Positions 9,614 through 19,822 are shown, counted from the stretch's first letter. The stretch: 64,000 nt of DNA from Candidatus Latescibacterota bacterium (GCA_965242865.1 CBDETK010000013.1:2176001-2240000), one strand, 5' to 3'. The notes: generated by a model not told the origin, from the letters alone. Translations and numbers: made by a program.

Positions 9614-9678
9614 ACTTGACAGCCGCCCCAGACCTCGTACTATGTTGCACGCATTCCCCAACCCGCTCAGATAGGTCC

Positions 9679-12600
9679 ATGGATCCCCGCTTCTCACTCG
9701 AACAAGGCACGGGCATTTACACCGGCAACGAACTGATCGTCAAGGGGGCCCTAGAAAGCCAAGTCGGCGTCATTACCGGATACCCCGGCTCGCCCTTGGC
9801 CGAGCTTTTCGAGACCGTCGAAAACAACAAGGCCCTCTTTAACGAGCACGGTATCGTCGCTCAGATCGCCAACAACGAAGCCCTCGCCGCGGCCCGCCTC
9901 AACGGCTCGCAGATGGAGGGGATTCGCGCCTTAGCCGTGATGAAGAGCGTCGGCCTGCACGTGGCGGCAGACGGGTTGGCCCTCGGCAACATGGTCGGAG
10001 CTTCGCCCAGCGGAGGCGCCTTGGTCGCCGTGGGCGACGACACTTGGTCCGAGGGGACCCAAGTGCCGGCCGACTCGCGCTTTCTGTCCCAGCATCTCTA
10101 CATGCCGGTCCTCGAACCCGCGACCTTTCAGGAGATCAAAGACTGGGTCGGGCAAGGCTTTGAGCTGTCGCGGCGGTCGCGCCTCTATCTGACCTATTTG
10201 GTCACCTCCAACCAAGCCGACGGCGGCGGCAGCGTCACCGTCTATCCCAATCGCTTTGCGTCCCTCAACCGCAAGCAGCGCACCGCGCTGGACACCAGTG
10301 CCATCTGCTCGGACGACCGCGTCATCATCCCGCCGGCCACGGCGCACAAAGAGCGCGAAGTCGTCCACCAGCGCTACCCCCACCTGTGGCAGCTCGCGCG
10401 GGAGGCAGGCATCAACCAAATCCTCTATCCGCCCAGCGCGACGACCGCGCCGCTGGGCTTTATCACCTCTGGTTTGGCTTATACCTATCTCGAACACGCC
10501 CTGCACCTCCTCGGGCTAAGCGGGCATTTCCCCATCCTCAAGCTGGGCCTTACTTATCCGGTCGATCCCCACGCGATCGCGCGCTTTGCCGATTGCGTGC
10601 AGACCTTCTGCGTGGTCGAGGAGAAGCGGCCCTTTATCGAGCCGCAGATCGCCGCCCAGCTAGCGCGGCAACCCGACCTCGGCCCCGCGCTGTGGGGCAA
10701 GCACTTTCCGGGCGAGGTCCCGGGTTTTCCCGATGTCCAAGGCCTGCACCCTTCGCTCATCGTCCAAACCCTATCCCGCCTCTTCGCGGCCCTCGACGCC
10801 GACCTGCCCGTCAGCCGCGAGCACCTACAGGCCGAGCTCAACGCCTTGACGGCCGGGGCGGCCACCCCGGCCGTTCCACCGCGAGCGCCCTCTTTTTGCC
10901 CGGGGTGCCCACACCGCGACTCAGCTAGCGTGCTCAAGAAAGTGGCGGCCGATCTAGCGGCCCCGGCTGAGGGCCAAGCTCCGGTCGACTTGGTCTTTCA
11001 CGGCGACATCGGCTGCTATTCCATGCTCAAGTACGCGCCGTTTTCCGAGCTGATGCACAATCTTTCCGGCATGGGCTTGGGCGGCGGCACGGGCGCGGGC
11101 ATCGACCCCTTTATCGACAACAAGCAGCTCGTCTTTATGGGGGATTCGACCTTTTTCCACACCGGCATGATCGCCATTTCCGACTCCATCAAAAACGGCC
11201 AAGACATCACGTACATCATCCTCGACAACAAGACCACGGCCATGACCGGGCATCAGCCTACCCCGGGCGTGGATGTCGATGTGTTGGGCCAACCGACCTT
11301 TGCCCAAGACATTGAAAAGACCGTCGTCGGCCTAGCCGGCGATTCCTCGACCTTTATCGCCCGCATGGACCCCTCCCAACGCCAAAATTACGACGCCCTC
11401 GTGCGCGAAACCTTGCTCCGCGACGGGGTCAAAATCATCATCGCCGACAAGGAGTGCGGCATCACCTATCACCGCCGCGAGCGGGCGCACCAGAGCGCGA
11501 TCGCACGCGAGCGGGGCTTTCTGCCGGTCGAAAAGCACATCAACATCAGCGAAGACGTCTGCGAGTACTGCCTCGAATGCACTCGGGCCACCGGGTGCAG
11601 CGGCCTGACGGTCGCGCCCGCCACCGACTACGGCCCCAAGATCGCGATCGACCCTTCGGCCTGCGTTGCCGACGGCGCCTGCACCCGAGTCGAAGTGGGC
11701 GATCGCGACAAAACCTGTCCCTCCTTTGAGGAGATCACCATCCACCGCCAAGCCCCTCCCACCGTCTCGACCCCGCCCATTGACGTCGGCCAGTTGCCCG
11801 CGCCCCCCCACCGCGCCCTCGCCGACCTCTGGTACACTTACATCGCCGGCGTCGGCGGCATGGGCGTCAACGTGGTGGCCTCGGTGCTGGCCCAAGCCGG
11901 CGTACGGCAGGGGTACGAGGTGCGGCTGACCAACAAAAAGGGGCTGGCCATCCGCAACGGCTCGGTGTATTCGCACTTGAGCTACGCGCCCAAGGGCACC
12001 CCGGTGTCTCCCCTGATTCCCTGTGGCAAGGCCGACTTGCTGCTCGGGCTCGACGTCCTCGAAGCGGCGCGGGGGCTCGACCCCCAAGGCCGCTACCGCA
12101 TCGCCCACCCGCAGCGCACCGCCGCCGTCGTCAACACGGCCAAGACCCCCACGATCGACACCCTCATCGGCCAAGAGGACTTTTCGGCCGCAGCCCAAGC
12201 CGACCTAATCCGCCAGCACACCCGCTCAGACGCGTACTTCGGCGCGGATCTCTTCCGCATCTGCGAGCACTACTTGGGCAACAAGCTCTACGCCAACATC
12301 ATGATGCTCGGGGTAGCCTTCCAGCGCGGGTTGCTCGCCCTAGAGCTCGACACCTTGCTCTGGGCCATTGAGCAGGCCGTGCGCCGCGATCTAGACACCA
12401 ACCTAAAAGCCTTTAACATGGGGCGCTGCCTCGCGCTCGACCCGAACCATTTTCCGGTTGCAGAAAAGCCCCTGAGCTACGCCGAGCTCGTGGCGGACAA
12501 GGCCGCCCTGCTGGCCCAGACCCGGGGTAAGCGCGTGGCCGAGGCTTACCGCCAGCGCATCCGCGAGACGCCCATTGCCACGGCGCGTCGGCACTTCGCG

Positions 12601-13233
12601 CTGCGGGTGTACGACCTGATCCAATACGAAGACCTCGCGTACGCCGACCGCTATATCCGCCAAGTGCTGGCCGTGCAGGCCAAAGACGGCCCCGAGCGCG
12701 ATTTTGCGGCCACTCGCGCGGTGATCTACCAACTCGCCAAAGTGCTCGCCATCAAGGACGAAATCTACGTGGCTTACCTGCTCACCTGCGAAGAGAAGTA
12801 CCGCCGCGACCGCCGCCGCTACAACATCGATCCGAGCCGCGGCGACCGCATCCGCTACCGCCACCTAAACCGGCCGCATCTGCGCCTGTTTGGCCGCGAC
12901 TTCCGCCCGGATCTAACGCTGGGCGACCGGCCCCTCAAGCTGATGGCCCGCATGCGCTTCCTCCGCCGGCTCTGCGCTTCGTGGTGGCACCGCGAAGAGC
13001 GCGACTTTGCCGCTTGGTACGAAAGCCTGATCGCCGATTTTTCTCCGCGCTCCTCAGCCGAGTACCACACCTGGGTACAAGTCCTGTCCCTGCCCGAGGA
13101 GGTGCGCGGCTACCGCGGCGTCCGCCAGCCCAAAATGGAGGCGGCCCAGCAGCGAGCCGCCGAGCTGCTCGCCGGGCGCGAGACCGCCCCGGACCCAGCG
13201 TTGTTGCAGGTCTCCGCATCCACCGGAAGCTAA
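9679..13233 (+). CDS. Fused indolepyruvate ferredoxin oxidoreductase (alpha+beta) family protein
   Basis: TGYPGSP, FCPGCPHR, GDIGCY, TPP motif GDSTFFH...DN..TAMTG, Cys ferredoxin segment, AGVGGMGV. ATG at 9679 chosen because the upstream extension overlaps def. Confidence 0.9.
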   Translation: MDPRFSLEQGTGIYTGNELIVKGALESQVGVITGYPGSPLAELFETVENNKALFNEHGIVAQIANNEALAAARLNGSQMEGIRALAVMKSVGLHVAADGLALGNMVGASPSGGALVAVGDDTWSEGTQVPADSRFLSQHLYMPVLEPATFQEIKDWVGQGFELSRRSRLYLTYLVTSNQADGGGSVTVYPNRFASLNRKQRTALDTSAICSDDRVIIPPATAHKEREVVHQRYPHLWQLAREAGINQILYPPSATTAPLGFITSGLAYTYLEHALHLLGLSGHFPILKLGLTYPVDPHAIARFADCVQTFCVVEEKRPFIEPQIAAQLARQPDLGPALWGKHFPGEVPGFPDVQGLHPSLIVQTLSRLFAALDADLPVSREHLQAELNALTAGAATPAVPPRAPSFCPGCPHRDSASVLKKVAADLAAPAEGQAPVDLVFHGDIGCYSMLKYAPFSELMHNLSGMGLGGGTGAGIDPFIDNKQLVFMGDSTFFHTGMIAISDSIKNGQDITYIILDNKTTAMTGHQPTPGVDVDVLGQPTFAQDIEKTVVGLAGDSSTFIARMDPSQRQNYDALVRETLLRDGVKIIIADKECGITYHRRERAHQSAIARERGFLPVEKHINISEDVCEYCLECTRATGCSGLTVAPATDYGPKIAIDPSACVADGACTRVEVGDRDKTCPSFEEITIHRQAPPTVSTPPIDVGQLPAPPHRALADLWYTYIAGVGGMGVNVVASVLAQAGVRQGYEVRLTNKKGLAIRNGSVYSHLSYAPKGTPVSPLIPCGKADLLLGLDVLEAARGLDPQGRYRIAHPQRTAAVVNTAKTPTIDTLIGQEDFSAAAQADLIRQHTRSDAYFGADLFRICEHYLGNKLYANIMMLGVAFQRGLLALELDTLLWAIEQAVRRDLDTNLKAFNMGRCLALDPNHFPVAEKPLSYAELVADKAALLAQTRGKRVAEAYRQRIRETPIATARRHFALRVYDLIQYEDLAYADRYIRQVLAVQAKDGPERDFAATRAVIYQLAKVLAIKDEIYVAYLLTCEEKYRRDRRRYNIDPSRGDRIRYRHLNRPHLRLFGRDFRPDLTLGDRPLKLMARMRFLRRLCASWWHREERDFAAWYESLIADFSPRSSAEYHTWVQVLSLPEEVRGYRGVRQPKMEAAQQRAAELLAGRETAPDPALLQVSASTGS

Positions 13234-13238
13234 TCCCC

Positions 13239-13706
13239 GTGATTCGCCCCTATCGCCCAGCGGACTTGCCCGCCCTCAAGCACATTACGGCTGTTTGCTT
13301 CGCCGGGGTAGCCATCGACCAAAACATCGAGCAGTGCTTTGGCCTCATTGGCGGCCGCGACTGGCAATTTCGCAAGCTGCGCCACATCGACGACGACGTA
13401 GCCGGCGAGCGGGCCAGCGGGGTCTTTGTGTGGGAGGAAGACGGCGAAGTAGTCGGCTACATTACCACGCGCATCGACCGCGAGAGCAAAATCGGCGGGA
13501 TTCCCAACATCTCCATCCTGCCGCAGCACCAAGGCAAGGGTATGGGCCGCCAACTTATAGAACACGCCTTGGCGCACCTGCGCGCCGCGGGCATGGAGTG
13601 TGCCCGAATCGAGACGCTGGAGCAAAACCCCATTGGCTCGCACTTGTATCCCAGCCTCGGCTTTGAGGAAGTCGCCCGCCAGATCCACTATTGTACGCGC
13701 CTGTGA
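13239..13706 (+). CDS. GNAT N-acetyltransferase
   Basis: IRPYRPAD, acetyl-CoA motif QHQGKGMG, LYPSLGF. Confidence 0.85.
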   Translation: MIRPYRPADLPALKHITAVCFAGVAIDQNIEQCFGLIGGRDWQFRKLRHIDDDVAGERASGVFVWEEDGEVVGYITTRIDRESKIGGIPNISILPQHQGKGMGRQLIEHALAHLRAAGMECARIETLEQNPIGSHLYPSLGFEEVARQIHYCTRL

Positions 13707-13717
13707 ATGGATCGCCG

Positions 13718-14407
13718 ATGACGCCAAAAGAAGCGGCCGGCCGCCGCGCCGCCGAGTACATTGAACCCGGGATGATCGTGGGCTTGGGCACGGGCTCGAC
13801 CGCCGAATGGGCCGTGCGCGCCCTCGGGGAGCGCGTCGCCACCGGGCTGGCGGTGAAGGCCATTCCCACCTCAGCCGCCACGGCCGCCTTGGCCCGCTCC
13901 CTCGGCATTGAGCTGACGACGCTCGCCGAGGTGACCCGCGTCGATTTGACCATTGACGGGGCCGACGAAGTCGATCCCAGCCTCAACTTAATCAAGGGCC
14001 TAGGCGGTGCGCTCCTGCGCGAGAAAATCGTCGCCTCCATCACCGGGCGGCAAATCATCGTCGCCGACCCATCCAAGCTCGTCGATCGGCTCGGCACCAA
14101 AGCTCCGCTGCCGGTTGAAGTGGTCCCTTGGTCCCAGCCCCTCATCGCCCGGAACCTCAAAGAGCGGGGCCTCACCCCGGCCTTGCGCTGGCACGCCCCG
14201 CACACCCCTTACGTCACCGACAACGGCAACTACGTCATCGACGCGCGCTTTCCGGCTGGCATCGACGACGCCCGCGCTACCGAGCGCTGGCTCAACGCCT
14301 TGCCCGGGGTCGTAGAAAACGGGCTTTTTGTCGGCCTGACCCAGCTCGTGATCGTCGGCCAAGACGACGGCTCCTGCCACCTGCTCAACAAAAGCGAAAA
14401 AAGCTGA
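13718..14407 (+). CDS. rpiA: Ribose-5-phosphate isomerase A
   Basis: GLGTGST, DGADEVD, IKGLGGALLREK, VTDNGNY, GVVENGLF. Confidence 0.97.
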   Translation: MTPKEAAGRRAAEYIEPGMIVGLGTGSTAEWAVRALGERVATGLAVKAIPTSAATAALARSLGIELTTLAEVTRVDLTIDGADEVDPSLNLIKGLGGALLREKIVASITGRQIIVADPSKLVDRLGTKAPLPVEVVPWSQPLIARNLKERGLTPALRWHAPHTPYVTDNGNYVIDARFPAGIDDARATERWLNALPGVVENGLFVGLTQLVIVGQDDGSCHLLNKSEKS

Positions 14408-14415
14408 GACTTATT

Positions 14416-15543
14416 ATGGACGATTCTGCACCCCGCTCGCGCCGCTCCTTTTTGCACCGCGCCCCGCTGCTGGCGGCCGGCGGCTTGGCCGCCTGTGCCC
14501 AGAGCTCCCAACAGCCAGCGGCCCCGGCTGTCCAATCCCAACGGCATTTCAAGTGGAAGATGGTCACCACGTGGCCCAAGGACTTTCCGGCCTTGGGCAC
14601 TGGGGCCAACCGGCTCGCCCACAGCCTAGCGGCCCTGTCTGGGGGCCGCCTGCAAGTCAAGGTGTACGGCGCCGGCGAGCTGGTGCCGGCCTCGGGCGTC
14701 TTCGACGCGGTTTCCGGCGGCACCGCCGAGCTGGGCCATGCAGCCGCTTACTACTGGAAGGGCAAGCACGAGGCGACCCAGTTTTTCTCGGCCGTCCCCT
14801 TTGGGCTAAACGCGGCCGAGATCAACGGCTGGCTGCGCTACGGCGGCGGCCAGAGCCTGTGGGACGAGCTCTACGCGCCCTTCAACCTGCGGGCCTTTCC
14901 CATCGGCAACACCGGCGTGCAGATGGGCGGTTGGTTCAACCGGGAAATCAACACCTTGACCGACTTTTCCGGCTTGGTCATGCGGATGCCGGGTTTGGGC
15001 GGCGAGGTCCTGCGCCGCCTCGCAGTCACGGTCAAAGCGCTGCCCGGCGGCGAGATCTTCCAAGCCCTCAAGACCGGGGCCATCGACGCCACCGAATGGG
15101 TCGGCCCGTACAACGATCTGGCCTTTGGGCTGCACCAAGCCGCCCAATACTACTACTGGCCGGGCTGGCACGAGCCGGGGACGGTGCTGGAGTGCATGGT
15201 CAACCAAAAAGCCTTGGCCGCCCTTCCCGCCGAGCTGCAAGACGTCGTCGCCTACGCCTGCCAAGCGGCCAACGACGACATGCTCAGCGAGTTCACCGCC
15301 CGCAACAGCCACGCCCTCAAGACCTTGGTGGACGACCACGGCGTTCAGCTCCGGCGCTTTCCCGACGCGCTCTTGGCGCAAATCGGCCAGGTGTCGGCCG
15401 AAGTCGTCGCCGAGATCGCCGGCCAAGACCCCTTTTCCAGCCGGGTCTATCGCTCGTTTGACGCCTTCCGCAAAAACTCCATCGCGTACACGCGCATCTC
15501 CGAGCAAGCCTATACCCAAGCGCGCGCCCTGACCTTTGGCTAA
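14416..15543 (+). CDS. dctP: TRAP transporter substrate-binding protein (TakP-like, Tat signal)
   Basis: SRRSFL twin-arginine signal; WKMVTTWPK, GNTGVQMGGWF, IDATEWVGPYND, YYWPGWHEP. Confidence 0.92.
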   Translation: MDDSAPRSRRSFLHRAPLLAAGGLAACAQSSQQPAAPAVQSQRHFKWKMVTTWPKDFPALGTGANRLAHSLAALSGGRLQVKVYGAGELVPASGVFDAVSGGTAELGHAAAYYWKGKHEATQFFSAVPFGLNAAEINGWLRYGGGQSLWDELYAPFNLRAFPIGNTGVQMGGWFNREINTLTDFSGLVMRMPGLGGEVLRRLAVTVKALPGGEIFQALKTGAIDATEWVGPYNDLAFGLHQAAQYYYWPGWHEPGTVLECMVNQKALAALPAELQDVVAYACQAANDDMLSEFTARNSHALKTLVDDHGVQLRRFPDALLAQIGQVSAEVVAEIAGQDPFSSRVYRSFDAFRKNSIAYTRISEQAYTQARALTFG

Positions 15544-15556
15544 CGCCCACCCCTGC

Positions 15557-16033
15557 ATGGAACGCCTCAACCGCTTCATCGCCCACACCGTGCCTTGGCT
15601 GACGCTGGGCATGGTCTTGGTGACGTTTGTCATCGTGGTCTTGCGCTACCTCTTTGGCCGCGGCTGGGTCTGGATGCAGGAAATCGCCCTGTACATGCAC
15701 GCCTTTACCTTCCTCCTCGCGGCCGGGTACACCCTCGCCCGCGACGAGCACGTTCGCGTCGATATCCTCTACCGGCCCTTGGGCGTCCGGCGCAAAGCCC
15801 TAGTCAATCTCCTCGGCAGCGTGCTGCTGCTGATTCCCTGCTGCTCGGTGCTGTTCTACCAGTCGCTGCCCTTTGTCGCGGACTCGTGGGCCGTGCTCGA
15901 AGGCTCCCAAGACGGCGGCGGCTTGGAGGCGGTCTATCTGCTCAAAACCGCCATTCCCCTGTGCTTCTTGCTGCTGTTTTTGCAAGCCCTATCCATTGCG
16001 TACCGCAGCGTGCGAACCCTCCGCGCCCCATGA
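15557..16033 (+). CDS. dctQ: TRAP small permease
   Basis: Four TM segments, HVRVDILY, operon context. Confidence 0.9.
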   Translation: MERLNRFIAHTVPWLTLGMVLVTFVIVVLRYLFGRGWVWMQEIALYMHAFTFLLAAGYTLARDEHVRVDILYRPLGVRRKALVNLLGSVLLLIPCCSVLFYQSLPFVADSWAVLEGSQDGGGLEAVYLLKTAIPLCFLLLFLQALSIAYRSVRTLRAP

Positions 16034-17412
16034 GCGAGCTCGCGCCGCTGGTCATGGTTCTCTGCACCTTCGCGGTGCTGCTATCGGGCTTCCCGGTGGC
16101 CTTTTGCCTCGCGGGGACGGCCCTCGGCTTTGCCGGTCTCGGCGTCTTCACCGGCCACTTTGACGCGGCCTTTCTCTCGGCGTTGCCGGCCCGCATCTAC
16201 GGCATCATGGCCAACGAGACCCTGATGGCCGTGCCGCTCTTCGTCTTTATGGGGGTCGTGCTGGAACGCTCGAAAATCGCCGAGAACTTGCTCGAAACCA
16301 TGGCCCAACTCTGCGGCCGCTTGTGCGGGGGGCTGGGGATTTCGGTCTGCCTCGTCGGGGGGTTGTTGGCAGCCTCCACCGGCATCGTCGGCGCGACCGT
16401 GGTCACCATGGGCCTCATTTCGCTGCCGGCCATGCTCAAGCGCGCGTACTCGCCAGCGGTTGCCACCGGCATCATCTGCGCCTCGGGGACGCTCGGCCAG
16501 ATCATCCCGCCCAGCATTGTGCTCGTCATCCTCGGCGATGTCGTCTCCTCCGCTCACCAGCAGGCCCAGATCAAAATGGGCAATTTCGCTCCGGTGTCGG
16601 TGTCGGTCGGCGACCTCTTTATGGGCGCGCTCTTGCCCGGTCTCGTGCTAATGAGTCTCTATATCCTCTACATAATCGGCCTCGGCCTCCTCAAGCCATC
16701 CGCCGTGCCAGCCGAGGAGCGCATGCCTCTCAGCGCGGCCTTTCTCCGACACCTCGGCGCGGCCCTCGTGCCGCCCTTAGTCCTCATCGGCGGGGTGCTC
16801 GGCTCCATCCTCTTCGGGGTGGCCACGCCGACCGAGGCCGCTTCGGTCGGCGCGGTGGGGGCCATGGTCTTGGCCATGGCCAAGGGGCACTTCAACCGCA
16901 CCGCCCTCAAAGAAGCCATGCGCACCACCACCGAGATCAACGCCATGGTCTTTATCATCCTCATCGGCGCGAGCGTGTTTTCTTTAGTCTTTCGCGGCTA
17001 CGGGGGCGACGAAGCTGTCGAGCGCTTTCTGACCCATGAGGCCACCGGCGGCGTCCTCGGTTCTTTCGCGCTGGTGATGGCCGTGATGTTTTTGCTCGGC
17101 TTTTTTCTCGACTTCTTTGAAATAATTTTCGTCGTCGTCCCCATCGTCGGCCCGATCCTCTTGGCGATGGGCTTGGATCCCGTGTGGTTGGGCGTGATGA
17201 TCGCCCTAAATTTGCAGACCTCTTTTCTCACGCCTCCATTTGGCTTCTCGCTCTTTTACTTGCGAGGCGTCGCCCCCCCGGAGATCAGTACGCCGCAGAT
17301 CTACCGGGGGGTCGTGCCCTTTATCGCGCTTCAGGTGCTGCTGTTGGTGGGGCTGTGGTTCGTGCCGGAGCTGGCTACGTATCTGCCGGCGAAGGTGTTT
17401 GGGCGGGGGTAG
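16030..17412 (+). CDS. dctM: TRAP large permease
   Basis: AVPLFVFMG, SGTLGQIIPPS, ATPTEAA, SFLTPPFG. Confidence 0.94.
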   Translation: MSELAPLVMVLCTFAVLLSGFPVAFCLAGTALGFAGLGVFTGHFDAAFLSALPARIYGIMANETLMAVPLFVFMGVVLERSKIAENLLETMAQLCGRLCGGLGISVCLVGGLLAASTGIVGATVVTMGLISLPAMLKRAYSPAVATGIICASGTLGQIIPPSIVLVILGDVVSSAHQQAQIKMGNFAPVSVSVGDLFMGALLPGLVLMSLYILYIIGLGLLKPSAVPAEERMPLSAAFLRHLGAALVPPLVLIGGVLGSILFGVATPTEAASVGAVGAMVLAMAKGHFNRTALKEAMRTTTEINAMVFIILIGASVFSLVFRGYGGDEAVERFLTHEATGGVLGSFALVMAVMFLLGFFLDFFEIIFVVVPIVGPILLAMGLDPVWLGVMIALNLQTSFLTPPFGFSLFYLRGVAPPEISTPQIYRGVVPFIALQVLLLVGLWFVPELATYLPAKVFGRG

Positions 17413-17425
17413 GGCCGGGGAGAAA

Positions 17426-17815
17426 TTACTTGGGGACGATGGTAATGTCGTAGGAGCGAATGAGGTATCCGAGAATTAGCAAGACGCCCAAGGCAATCCA
17501 AACGATGCGTTGAAGGGTCTGCACCCTCTTATCTATTTTGGGGATTGAGGCAATTTTTTCTTCGACTCGGGCACCCTGTGCCTTCAAATCGCTGATGTCC
17601 TTTGCAAGGTCGTCCATTTTGTTGAGGATTTGCGGAATTAGGGCTACTCTTTCTTCAATACGCGCGACCTGCACCTTCAACTCGACGACATCTTTCGCCA
17701 AGTCGTTTGCATCCAAAGCCGTTTGCTCCGACGACGAGCCTGGCACTTTCTCAGGCGGCTGGGAGGCGTTTTCTTCGCGTCTCGGGCCTTTTTTACTATC
17801 GTTCTGATCAGCCAT
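17426..17815 (-). CDS. Small coiled-coil protein with 31-aa internal repeat and C-terminal TM anchor
   Basis: DLAKDVVELKVQVARIEERVALIPQI / DLAKDISDLKAQGARVEEKIASIPKI, followed by a hydrophobic tail. Confidence 0.6.
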   Translation of the reverse strand: MADQNDSKKGPRREENASQPPEKVPGSSSEQTALDANDLAKDVVELKVQVARIEERVALIPQILNKMDDLAKDISDLKAQGARVEEKIASIPKIDKRVQTLQRIVWIALGVLLILGYLIRSYDITIVPK

Positions 17816-18071
17816 CTTTTTCGTAGATTCTCAGCCACTCCCAAAGATGTTTGGAAGCGTAGCCAAAGTAGTTGGGGACGGGTATGACGATTCCGGTGCC
17901 TACGCTGCTAGGCTCGTTGTACCCGATGGCTTCGGCTAGTTCGCGCGTCGTCCCCCTATAAGACACGAAGTACGCTTTAGGTGCTTCGTCGTCATAGACG
18001 GAAGTGCCGAGCTCCTCAATTTTGCGACGCAATTCTTCTTCTTCCTCAAAAGGAATGATTGCGTAGATCAT
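17808..18071 (-). CDS. Hypothetical protein (about 87 aa)
   Basis: ORF from MIYAIIPF to LWEWLRIYEKDG; its stop overlaps the next start. Confidence 0.55.
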   Translation of the reverse strand: MIYAIIPFEEEEELRRKIEELGTSVYDDEAPKAYFVSYRGTTRELAEAIGYNEPSSVGTGIVIPVPNYFGYASKHLWEWLRIYEKDG

Positions 18072-18169
18072 CGCGGCGGTTCTTCCATGGGCATTGGGAG
18101 TTGAATAAATGCCTTTTGTCAATAGATAAATGGGTATTGACGACAATGTCAAGGCATTGGTGGAGCTTC

Positions 18170-19822
18170 CTATTCAGCGCACAGTGTGGTCACCCGATCC
18201 AGCTTTTCCACTACTTCGGGGTGGATTTCGTCGGGCCGCATCTGGGCGGCCAGCAGATACAAGTCCCGCTTGGGGGTGGGCCGGCCCATCTCGGCGAGTA
18301 GTGGCACGAGGAATTCGTCGCTTGCCTTGACGCGCACCAGCGAGACGTGATCCCCAAATAGGTCCGTCCCGCGCGGGACCTGTCGCCAAAACGCCTCTTC
18401 GACCAATGGGAAGTTGGCGAACCGCTTGATCGCCTCGGGCTGCAACAGGTAGTTCTCAATCTCGTAGCGACGCCAGCGCAAGACGACCAAGCCGGTATGG
18501 GTCGTCTCCTCGTCCGGCTCGTCGCGGTTGTCGCCATCGAGCAGGCACAGGCCCGGCAGCCCGGGAAAGGCGGCCTGCATGGCGAAGAAGTGCTCCCGGG
18601 CTTCGCGCAGACTGCGACCGCCGAGCGACCGCACAAACGGCCGCTCAAAGAAGCTCTGCGCCGGATGATCGAGCATGCGCGCCCACTCGCCCAAGATCCG
18701 CTCGTCGGTCTCACTCTCGACGTACAGCACCGCGCCGACCTCGCGGCCCAACAGAAGATCCGTGGTGGTCAAGCGTTTGAGGGCTTCGCGGAGCTGGTCG
18801 CGCTGGACTTCGCTGACCAGTGGACGGGGCGATTCGCCAAAAAATCCGAGCACCCGCGTCGGCTCGGTCGCGTCGAGGACCACCTCGGAATGCGTGGCAA
18901 TGAGCACTTGCCCGCCGCGTTCGCGGGCCACCTTGCGAATCAGGTCGTACACCTGTCTTTGCAGGATGACGTGTTGATGGGCGTCCGGCTCGTCGAGCAA
19001 GATCACGGCCGCCGGGCGGGCGTAGAGGAAGGCCAGCAGCAGGAGCACTTGGAGCGTACCGCTGCCGGCGTTGGACAAATCGAGGGGCCTATCGCGGCCC
19101 GGCTCGCGGTATTCGCAGACGATGTACGGTTGGGCCGGGGCATACGACGGCGCGAGCACTTCGATTTGAAAGAGTATGCGGATGTGTTCGGCGAGCCGCC
19201 GCCAGTCTGCCTCGCTGTTCTCGGAAATTTCCCACAACAGGTTCCGCAAAATCTCGCCCGGTCGCCCCTGACCCACGAGCAGATCTTGCATCCCCCGGTC
19301 GCGCCGGGGCTCGTCGCGCTCAATACCGGCGAGCGGCGGGACGTGGACGATGTCGAGGGCCCGGGCCGCCGGGGGCGGGAACGCCCGGATGGCCGCCGGG
19401 TCGAGCTCTTTGGCCCGTAGCGGCCGCACGTGTACGACTTCGGGATTGGAGTACTGGAATTCGATCCCACACGTCCACTCCTCCCCGCCTGCTCCGCCCT
19501 CCACGACGATTTCGATCAGCCGCCGCGCCCCCGACATACCGCACGGGCCGGTGACCTTCCGCCCCTCCCACAATAGATTCATCTCGCGCAACGGCACAGC
19601 CGTAAAATCGGCCCGGGTTATTGCCACGCCGGACCGCCGGACCGCTCGGCCCCCCTCGCGCTGGACTAACCAGCGGTCGAGCCCGAGTTTCCACGTCGCA
19701 ATCGCCTGTAGCAGCGTGGATTTCCCGGCATTGTTGGGACCGGCGAGCACCACCGACTCGGCCAACTCGAATGTCTGCGCGCGAAAACGCTTGAATTTTC
19801 TAATGGTAACGCGCTGGATCAT
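18170..19822 (-). CDS. ABC-type (AAA_15/OLD-like) ATPase with C-terminal TOPRIM-like domain
   Basis: IRKFKRF, Walker A GPNNAGKS, GSGTLQ signature, LLDEPDAH, IATHS; TOPRIM-like YVESETD...LLDGD...YEIENY. Confidence 0.82.
   Translation of the reverse strand: MIQRVTIRKFKRFRAQTFELAESVVLAGPNNAGKSTLLQAIATWKLGLDRWLVQREGGRAVRRSGVAITRADFTAVPLREMNLLWEGRKVTGPCGMSGARRLIEIVVEGGAGGEEWTCGIEFQYSNPEVVHVRPLRAKELDPAAIRAFPPPAARALDIVHVPPLAGIERDEPRRDRGMQDLLVGQGRPGEILRNLLWEISENSEADWRRLAEHIRILFQIEVLAPSYAPAQPYIVCEYREPGRDRPLDLSNAGSGTLQVLLLLAFLYARPAAVILLDEPDAHQHVILQRQVYDLIRKVARERGGQVLIATHSEVVLDATEPTRVLGFFGESPRPLVSEVQRDQLREALKRLTTTDLLLGREVGAVLYVESETDERILGEWARMLDHPAQSFFERPFVRSLGGRSLREAREHFFAMQAAFPGLPGLCLLDGDNRDEPDEETTHTGLVVLRWRRYEIENYLLQPEAIKRFANFPLVEEAFWRQVPRGTDLFGDHVSLVRVKASDEFLVPLLAEMGRPTPKRDLYLLAAQMRPDEIHPEVVEKLDRVTTLCAE

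Noticed and set aside
9334-9678. N-terminal extensions in the ORF track (IOR, dctP, dctM, 36301-37974, 52926-54968, 54862-56925)
   Set aside because: The extensions overlap upstream genes and are low-complexity; downstream starts fit the operon spacing.
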